Source: Hydrolagus colliei
Lineage: Eukaryota
Length of the DNA: 64,000 nucleotides
Direction of reading: 5' to 3'
Assembly (NCBI GenBank): GCA_035084275.1
Contig: CM068750.1
Coordinates: forward strand, 4,588,001-4,652,000
The position numbers and the translations under genes were made by a program. Below, piece after piece: positions 50,601 through 60,945 of this stretch. Every line of letters starts with the position of its first letter. Position 1 is the stretch's first letter. The notes below the pieces were generated by a model, which worked only from the letters and a program-made list of their open reading frames with translations, was not told the origin of the DNA and ran no database searches.

Positions 50601-53600
50601 AGTGTGACTGGTTTTGACAACGAAAACATTTGATTCTATCAATGTTAAATAAAATTTTACAGTAGTACAAACAGGGAGGCAGTTGTCTTTAATTTAGGAA
50701 AAAGGTTACATGTAATTATAAACTAGAGGACAAATAATTTAAATGTTTCTTTCCTTCCCATGTAATTACTATTTGTGGAAGGCTATGGTACAGTGTTCAA
50801 TGTTAGGATGGATGGATTTTGTAAACCCACTGTTGCATGTGTAGAGACTTAATTTTGTTTGAATGCTGAAGGCAAAAGAATGACTTGTTGGAGGACAAAT
50901 AAATTTGCCCTCAAAGGAAAGCTTTGTGTGTGAGTGTCGGTTCAGATCAAGAATTTAAGTTCAATTCAAACTAAACGCTCTGGTACTGCAGCTTGCCAGC
51001 TTGCCCAACCTGCTTATGAGCATAAAGCAATATTGTAACTATGGCACTGTAATTGAAAACTAGAAATTGTTATTTAGACGTTATTGTATTCAGCAAGATA
51101 ACTGTCACCTCCATACTTTGTTCATATGTTGCTAAAAAATTCCATTGAAGCTTGTACCATGATTTTTTTTAAATCTTGGAAATGTGATTTTTTTCAAACA
51201 AAATCCAATTGTAATTCTCCTTCAGAAGAAATATCTGTAAAACAAAATGTGCCTTTTTTTTTAAACAAGATTATCTATAATTCTTTAAGAAATACTTCCA
51301 TAACTCTATAAATGTAATTTTGTTATTGTTGTTGATAATGGTCTTTTGTGTGATTTTAAAAATTGCTTTTTTGGGGTTATTTGATAAATTGAAGAAGATG
51401 TGTTAGATGATGGATTATCCTTCTGTTTGCTTGTATGATCTGTACTAGGATTCATTGACCAAGTGCCAAGAAATTATTCTATAGGTTAAGAAAAATAAAT
51501 GGAAATTATAATCAGGATTCCACACAACAAATTACAGTACTAATTAAAATTCGGAGAACAACATGTACCTTCTGAACATTGCCATTATAGCTATGGCACT
51601 GAATGTAGGAGCGATAGTGTGTATTTGTGTAACTGTGTGTGTGACTATCTGTGTGTGAGCTTGAAAAGTCATATCAAAGGGAGGGTGAGGGGGTGCTATC
51701 TTTGCTATCAGACAGGTGGAACACACTGTTCTTGTATCTGAAGGGCAATTTTTTTTGTCTGGGAGGTGGGTGTGTGGATTTGGGGTTCAAAATTATCTTT
51801 CTTTTGGAGGATTGGAGAAAGATGAAATTGGGATTTTAGTAAACACTTTATGAATGACTTCTTATTTATTGCTGCAATTCAATTCATCCTACTTTTGTGG
51901 TGCTATCTGACATTAACATCTGTGCTGCTGAGAGGAAAGGTGGGAGGTTGCTCTCAAATGTCCCTCTTTAAACAGGCACTAATCCTTAATTCTGTGGGAG
52001 GGTTTCCCCCAATTCTTATCGTTTGTTCCATGGCTCTGAGCATTAATGCTCAACACTAAAGGCCTGCTTTGACAATTTCTAATGAATTTAGGAAATTAGC
52101 TGGATTGTAATGGTTAACAGTAATCACCTTTCTAAATTTCTGTTATATTCATCCAGCAATCTCGCTTGTATGAATTCCTCTGACGGGTAGAGATTAGTGC
52201 TTCTAGACTACATTTTGTTTGTAACCTTTTATTTACCCCAGACCAATCAATAATTCTATTCAGTCTATCGTTTCGAACTGAGCTGCAATTTGGCATCAAG
52301 GTCAGAAACGTTTTCCAAAAATTGAGAGAATTTCTTTACACCCAAATTTAATAGCAAATCTGGTAGAATAACAATTCAGTGTTGCTAATTCCTGACGCTT
52401 GATTTGTGACGTGATACCCTTTCTTTCAGGCGTTTCCTTCAGAGTTGAAAACCACACCTAGTTTTCCAAACTGTTATGTGCAATTTAAAAGTGGAAATTG
52501 TATGTTTTTTTTGGTTCAAAGAAAACCCCTTTTCTTTCCTAAGGTGAGCATTACAGATTATGTAGTCTTTGATCAGTGCAGCATCTTCCAGACAATAATC
52601 CACGCCACGCAGACTGTAGCAAGTGTTGCTCAAGCTCCAGTGGAAAAAGTGGCAGACAAACTGCGGGGAGCATTCTGGTCTCAACAGCCTCCATCTCACC
52701 CAAGTCTCCTCAATGTCAACAACAGTGGTGTGTGGATCACCTCGGGGAAAAATGAATTCCACGTGGCAAAGGGCAATTTGATAGGTTGGTCAGTTTTAAT
52801 GCCAATTTTTAAGTGTGTATGATAATGAAAATTAGCGGAAAGCTTTCCGTTGACTGAGAGACAAAAATGTTATATGGCAGACAACCAGTTCTGCTGTGAT
52901 TTTTCTTTTATTTCAATTAAAGCAATATATCGTTTGATCATTTTATTTATTTGTGTAGCTAGTGCGGTTAGTTTTTAATGGATCAGAGTAACTCTCCAAC
53001 GTTTTAAATCATTTGGGTGAATAAATCATAAAGCTATAATAATACTTTTTGCATTTGATAAAGAGCTTCATCAAATCATAGAAAGAACATCTCAAAGCGC
53101 TTCACAGAACTCGTTGTGGCCATCGGAATATTCTCCCACTCTTGGTTTGTGTTCTAAATGTTGCAGCTGCTACAAATTAAAATACATTGGGAATTTGTTC
53201 ACTGTGACCTTAACTTAGATTAAAATGTTCCGCCTCTGTAAATTGCTTCAATCTAAACGCTGAAGGAAAAGGATTTGAAATTGACTAGTGGAAATCATCT
53301 GAATATCTGCAGGGTTTTATAGGTCCTTGAATACATCACAGCCACAGGGCATGTAATCATGCAGGAGATCACATTTTGCTTAGAATTACAAATGCAAACT
53401 GAATTTGACATTTAAGAAAAAGTCTAATTTGACTTTCATAGGGACATATTGGAAGACAGTTGTGCCTCGAGGAACAGTATCAGCTACAAAATGGGCTTTT
53501 GTAATGGCTTCTGTTGCTCCTACTAAAAAAGGTAAGGAACTTTCACAACCTATGAATAAATGGTTTGCTTATATTCACCTATGAAACTTTAAACTCCGCA

Positions 53601-56600
53601 GATTTTTTGATACAGCAAAACTCGCATAAGTCTTCTCTATAAATCGTTTACCTACCTAAGTCATACATGCGCCCAAGCCCCATTCAGTTTTCTATCAAAA
53701 CCACTTAGCTTAATTTCCTAACTCGTACTCCCTTATCCCCTATCCTCCATTCCTCCTGCATTTACCGGCTACATTAAATGGGGAATGTAGTCTTGATCTG
53801 TTAGTGCATGGGCAAAATAACTCCATTACCTGTGATTCCAGTGTAATGCAGATTGCCGATTCAATCAGATTTTATTCGATTACAGTTTGCTGCAATTCCG
53901 ACTTTGCGGATGTCATAATTAATGTTGTGGTCCTGACTGATACGACTTATGTGAGTTTTACTGTATATGTGTGCATGCTTGGTTAAATGTCTAATTCTGG
54001 GGTCCTCTGCAATTTTCGTCAAAAGTTAGGTGACCTAGTAAGACTTATCTAAACTGCATTTTTATTTTTAAGACCAGGATCATTTTACCTATTGATTTTT
54101 GTTTTTTTCAGTGAAAAGCTGTTCAGTTCTCTGAGCAGTCGGTCGGTCTTATCATTTTAGTTGTTCACTGGAGGTTTCCCAGCGCAACCATGTCCCTTAA
54201 TAGAGAGTGCACCCAAGTCTATGCACAGAATCATCTACTAAATTGAATACCTCCTTACAAAGTTCTAGTAGATTTGTGGACCTTTTGCAAATTTACAATA
54301 GGAACTCGAAATTGTTCACATGCTGCTTTGCTAACCTGCTTTACTGTTCTTAATTACAAGGAGATGATTCATATTTCTAAATATTTGCTAAGGACACAGG
54401 GTCCTGCAGCTGGATTTTAACATTCCGATGAGATCCTATAGCAGAATCCCAACGGCAAAGTTTGATAGCCCCTGCGCTGGCTGGAGAAACTCCCAGATGT
54501 TGTTCTCATCAGGACTTTTGGCTATTGTCCGTTAAAAAAAGAATTCAAGTGCAGTGAAATCCCGTAAACCTTGTTCATTACACATTCATGCAGTCAGCGC
54601 ACTCAGCGCACTCTGTTGTCGTCCATTTTATCTTACTGCTGTTGACAGAGAAATCTGCCTTTGGATTTCAGGTCATTGCTGGTGTCACTTCCCCCATTGT
54701 GTATGCACAGAAGACAAAGTGATGTGTGGTCCTTGATTCAGAATTCAGCCATTTTTTCTTTTAGCACACAAGCAGTGCAGCACACTTCGCACACAGGTGC
54801 AGTTACAGGCTATTGCGCCTCACTGTCACGCGAGTTGGGATTTTATGGATCCTGAACATTATATAACAACAATAAAGCTACACTGTTTAAATTTTAAACT
54901 TTTACCATTTTTAAAATGGTAGACTGAATTATAATCATTTGGCCAGTTGAATAAAGGATAGACCCATAATCAGGTCATATGTCTCCCTTTATTACTCACC
55001 GATCCATCTGTTACGGCTGGAAGTCTACATTATTATTTCTCTAATTGCTTTTTCTCTGTACCTCAACTCAATAGATAATGTGGAAGTAATAATGGCTCGT
55101 GTCATGTGATATATTCCACAGGAAGTTTTCTATGGCTGGGACAAAGCAATAAAGACCTCTTCTGTATCAATGATCAAAATCCTGAGTTTCGACCTTCCAC
55201 TGTGCAGCTGCCTCTCGATATAGAAATGGTCCTGATCTCTGCCTGCCACGATGCAATCTGGGGTCTGGACTCTATGGGGCAGATCCATATACGGACATTG
55301 TCGGAAAACTGCCCAAGTGGTATGCACTGGACCAAACTTGATGTCACTCAACTTGGTAAGCTGTCTTTTAATTGAGTATAATTTAATTTATAATTTAATT
55401 AGAAAAGGCTTTCCACTTTTAGTTGGAAAAAGTACTGTGAAGCACTCTGAGACGCTGTCCTGCGTGGAGGGCGCTATATAAATCAAAGTTGTTGTTGTTG
55501 CAGACAAATGCATAATCACAGTAATTCCTGTGAAGGGGTTTGAGACACCTTGCCAATGTGGAAGACGTTATATTACATGCAAGAATAATTATTTTTCTTA
55601 TTATTTAAAATGTTACTCTTGACACAGTACCTAAATCTACCTACGTATCTCCTTTTTCACGCGCTATCTTCCATATGTACAAGCATAATAATAATAATAA
55701 TCCTTGCATTTGATATAGTGCTTTTCTAGATGTCTCAAAGCACTTCACAGAATATACTTGTAAAGTGAATTAACTGTATATTTGTGGGCGAAATGTGGCA
55801 ACCAGTTGCGCACAGCAGTGTCCCACAAATAGTCATGGATTGAAAATTACCCCCCCAAAATTGAGGAATTATTATTAGAACAATCCAATCTTCAACACAC
55901 TGACCTATCTAAACATATGAACTTGAATCAAACCCAGATCCCATTGGCAAAGGGGCAATATTCTAAAATACCATATTACCTAATCACTCCGAAGCCTGTT
56001 TAGAAATCAAGACGATGATATAACATCTCATGGAAAGACTCCCAAATTGGTTATCTGATATTTTCTTAGTAGTAATGGATATGGACACACCTGTCATAGT
56101 TTTAATATTTATGGTCTCTATTTACTACAGCACCTACCAATGAAAAACATGTTTTCTTTTCAATTTAAAATGCCAATCTCCCCTGCTTGATAATGTAAAA
56201 ATTCTGTACTTTTGCATAACGTGGTATATGCTGTGTTATTTGTTGGTTTAGCAATGTAATTAACGCATGCAGAGAAAACTGCTGAAAACTGCAAGTTATT
56301 GAAGACCCATTTCTTCCTCTGTTAAGTTCTTGGGTTGTTTTTCCAATCAACCACGTAGGAGTAAGTCCAGTGTGTTATCCACCTGCTACATTTGTCCTTC
56401 ATTGCCTCGAAACCACATCATTCTGATGACATTTTGAACCATAATTCTAGATTAGCTCCCGGTTGTACTCCACCTTTCACAGCAAACAACAAAATTACAC
56501 TTGTATAGCGCCTTTCATGTCAGGAGTACATCCCAAGGCGCTGAAACACTAAAACATGCACATAAATGTAGAATCAATAAGCTTCAAAAATTCAAATTGA

Positions 56601-59600
56601 ACGTGTATTCTAGTACTGTTTTTGCTACCTTTATTTGACTCTTGATTGTCTTCCCAGTTTACTGTCTAATGAAAGAATTTAGCTTTCATTAGGCAAAGCT
56701 TTTGTTAAGTGATCTGTAAGTGATTCCACTGCATAACCTAAATCTCATCTTGAAAAACTAAGCTAAATCAACTACGTGACTAAGTCAGCATCCTTCGTAT
56801 ATTTAAAGGCAGCCAAATTACTTTTTTTTTAAGATTGCAAATTGCTGACCTAATCAGTCAGGTGAAGACTTGCCTCGACACTTTGCCATGACTTTTCTAT
56901 ACAACACGCGCAGTTCAAGAAATTAAACCGAAAAGGTGCCGTAAAGGTAATGCTGCTCACTTGAGCGTGTAAACTAATTTAGGTGACAGAGCTTTTTTAG
57001 TGCTCATCTAATGAGCAAGGTTACTAAATGTCAGAACATGCCTCCAAAAACATGCCTGCAAAAAGCACACAGCAGTGCAAACTACGCGTTATCTGAGCCC
57101 ATGCTGCATTGCATGGTGACGCTGTTTAAAATCAAAACATTTCAACAGCTGTAACACCATGTGATTAACCTAATAATGCCTAAAGCATATGACACAGTGT
57201 GGCGTTTTGATAAATGCTGATGTAGTAACATGTTATGTTTTAAACAACAAATTCAGTCACCTTATTAATGGTTTTAATATTCGATCAGTTATGCCACGGT
57301 CCCTTCGCCTCGCTTCCTCCCTTGCCTCCTTCAAGGCCGTCTCCTCTTCAACGTGCCATCTGCTGCCCTCCCAACTCTCTCCCACCCCTCCTAACTCTCC
57401 CGCCCCTCCCCCCTACCCTGCCCCTCTCCCTTTCTTGGGTCCCGATCTGACTGTTCAGTGCCTTGGGACTGTCTTCCTGATAATAAATGTAATTTTGTTG
57501 TAAAATGTTAGCAATCCTTGATTTAAAATTGGATTATTTTCTGTGTTTTTCATAGGTTAGTGCAAACTAGTTTGCACTAGTTTAGTGCAAACCCCTTCTC
57601 CTAGATTAGTCCAGCATTTGGAAATTCCTGAAATGGATCTAAAATGTCTGTCTGTAAATTGAACGCATGTTAAATATATCCATGTATCTAAACCGATGAC
57701 TTAAACACAATTGAAGATTATTTTAAAAATTCTATTTAGATCTGACAGCGGTTTTATGAAATGTGACTATCTCCCAATGTTTATTAATTGAGACTGATTG
57801 TAGAACTCATTTAAGTGTTCCATCCTGCATCAGCTCTGCCAATGTGATTACAAAATAGTTCTGAATGGTGGTTGTCACTAAATATACTGCTCGTCTTTTA
57901 TCTGCATTCTCTCTGCACAAATGAACTACAGTACTTGGTGATTATGTCAAATTAAACCTGTCAGTGTATAATTATTTTTATTCTCATCAATTCAATCCAC
58001 ATGTTTACATAGTCGGCAAAACTATAGCCCGATGTATTCTCGAAGCAGATGGAATAGAATTGTCACCACTGACGCACAGTGCTGATGATGGAATGTTAAC
58101 CTTGAAATATTTAGCTCTATACACAGCATTGGGTATACTTCGCCTCCAGCTAAGCCATCTGGTACAGCGATACCTATTTTAGGACCTGTACTATGAAGAA
58201 TCTAAGAACATGTTGTTATTTACGGTGTTCTGTTATGATGGCAAGGAAGTATGTATCAAACTGGATTTGGATCTACTCAAATAACACTTTCAAAAATCAC
58301 ACCAGTCTAGGAGGTCAAGCAACATTTTCTGTGGGAATGTAGTTGATCAAATTGAAAACATTGTTGTAACACTTTAAATACTGTTGCATAACACCATTAA
58401 CCTAACCAAATGTATCGCAGCCTGTTCTTATGAGTAAAACACACTTTAAGTTAATACATTATTTATCCATGAATGAAACTTACTTTTCTTTCCATCAATT
58501 CAAGGCTGAAAGGCTTCTTCTGTGTACTTATTTGCTCTTTCTAAAGTTCCGAATCTGTCATTGACTTCACTACATGAAGCAGATTATGCTGATGAGTCTT
58601 TCATGTATTTATGCTATAAACTTGTCAAAGACACATTTGTTTTATCAGTGCATTAAAAAGGTGGATAAGGTGGAAAAAGTCTAAATTGAATTATGTTTAT
58701 TCACGTTTGTTCCAGCGTCATACTTCCATTGGTCAATAACATTAACTTGCAGCATCCATAATAGAATATGCAAACTCGCATAATTTCACTCTAGATTTGG
58801 GGATACTACATCAATGTCAGGATGGCAACTGCTGTACCATTATAGGCTGAGCCTATTTGAGATCATTTATGGTGGGAAAGAACTCCAGGAATTACTGTAC
58901 TTAGATTAGGACAGTGCACCCCGTGCTAGCCTTGTAATTCTGAAGTTTATTTGATTATATCCGCAACATAACATTTTACTAGAATTGGGTTATTCCATAT
59001 TAGTCTATTCCATATTGACTTATGCTTTTGCCTACAAATTCAGTCACGACACTTTACATTAATTCCTGTGAAACACTTTGAGATGTCTCAACAATGTGAC
59101 AATATCAAATTGAAGATTGTAAAATTGTTAGTTGACAAATATTGTTTAGTGTAAATATAGCTTTTAGCTTATTGCAAACCAGTTTGCTACATTCTATAAA
59201 CTAATGATTATTTCTGACTATACTGGCTACGCCTGATTTCGAAATTCCACGTAACAGGATATTTTTACTGTTTTCTCCAGGAGATGTAATACTCGCCAGT
59301 CTAACGTGCGGATGTCAGAATGTATGGGCTTGTGATGTTGATGGAATTGTTTACTTCCGTGTGGGGACACAACCACTTAATCCCAGTATGATGTTGCCAG
59401 CGTGGATAGCCATCGAGCCACCAGAGCAGGTATTTGCTTGAAATTTGTTTGTGTTTTGAACTGATCCAAGATGAGAGATAACAGTGCTTGAGGACTGAGA
59501 TATAGAAGAAACACTTTCAAAGCAGGATACATTTGTTCACCTCTCTAGCCAATATGCTGAGGCCAAAGTTAGGACCGAGTCTATCTCAGATCAGACTAGA

Positions 59601-60912
59601 TTCCTTACATTTATAATAATAATCCTTGCATTTGACATAGTGCTTTTCACATCTTCTAGACATCTCAAAGCGCTTCACAGAATATACAGTAAAGTGAATT
59701 GACTGTAAATTAGTGGGCGAAACGTGGCAGCCAATTAATTGCGCACAGCAGTGTCCCACAAACAGTCGTGGATTGAAATGACCAATTTTTTTTTTTTGGT
59801 GCTTATTATTAAGTATGTGGAGTAAGGAAACTTGCCCAAGGTTTCGCCTTGCCTGGATTTGAACACAGTTCTCACACTTATAAGGCAAGTGCTCTTACCA
59901 CTGAGCTACAGGACTCTTGATTTGTGGAACCCTGTATCTCAGTGGTTAGAGCTCTCACCTCACAAGCAAGAGACCTGGGTTCGTTTCTATGGGTGAAGAT
60001 GCAGAATTCGGTGTCATTTGATACTCAGTTTATAAATATGTTCAGTTTACCATAACTATAACTAGCCTGTTTCATGTCCTCCCAATTCATTACACTACCA
60101 ATGGCCAGGAATTCAGGCATTGTTCCCCCGTTTTCTGAAACTCCATCCGAGTATCCCTTCTCCATGCCCCCTCCCTCTTTACCCTTAAAGACCTTTTCAA
60201 CCTCACCTTTGGTCACCCTTTTCCCCCACATTGACCTGTCAGTTAATTACCGTACATTTGTTTGTAATATATTTTTTACTTTGTTACATTTAATGGCACT
60301 TGCTTTGAATCAATGTTGAAACATCATTGCAAAATATATTCTGTTTTAATGGGTGAAAGTGATGCTATCGGTATCGTTATTGCAGAGAAATGCTTTCTCT
60401 ACATCATACACCAGTTTCTGTCAATATACAGAACATTATGCCATTTTAGTAAGCACGAATATCACGTACAAAGTTCAAAATCTCATGTATCTGTTACAAA
60501 ACTTGGAACAAAACATGACCCAAGTATAGCTATCTTTTATCCATCTACCACATTCTGCTTTACCACACGCTTAGAAGCAGTCAATACCATATGCTCTACA
60601 CACATGTGATTTATAGTGGCTATAATTTTACTTTTGTTATGTTCCAAATTATTCATCTGTTTGATATATTACAGAAGATCTGTGTGTGTGTGTATATATA
60701 TATACACACAGTAAAAGCCCGTTTATCCGGCACCCTAGGGACCTGGCCAATGCCGGTTAAAGCGCATACTAGATATTCGGCTGAAAACGCAAAAAAAAAA
60801 AATGTATGCATTATTACGGATAAATTCCAGTTAATCGAATGCGGGCGTTTTTTTGTGATGCCAGTTATACGGAAGTTACGTTTGATCGGGTGCCAGATAA
60901 ACGGGCTTTTAC

Positions 60913-60945
<33 letters not shown>

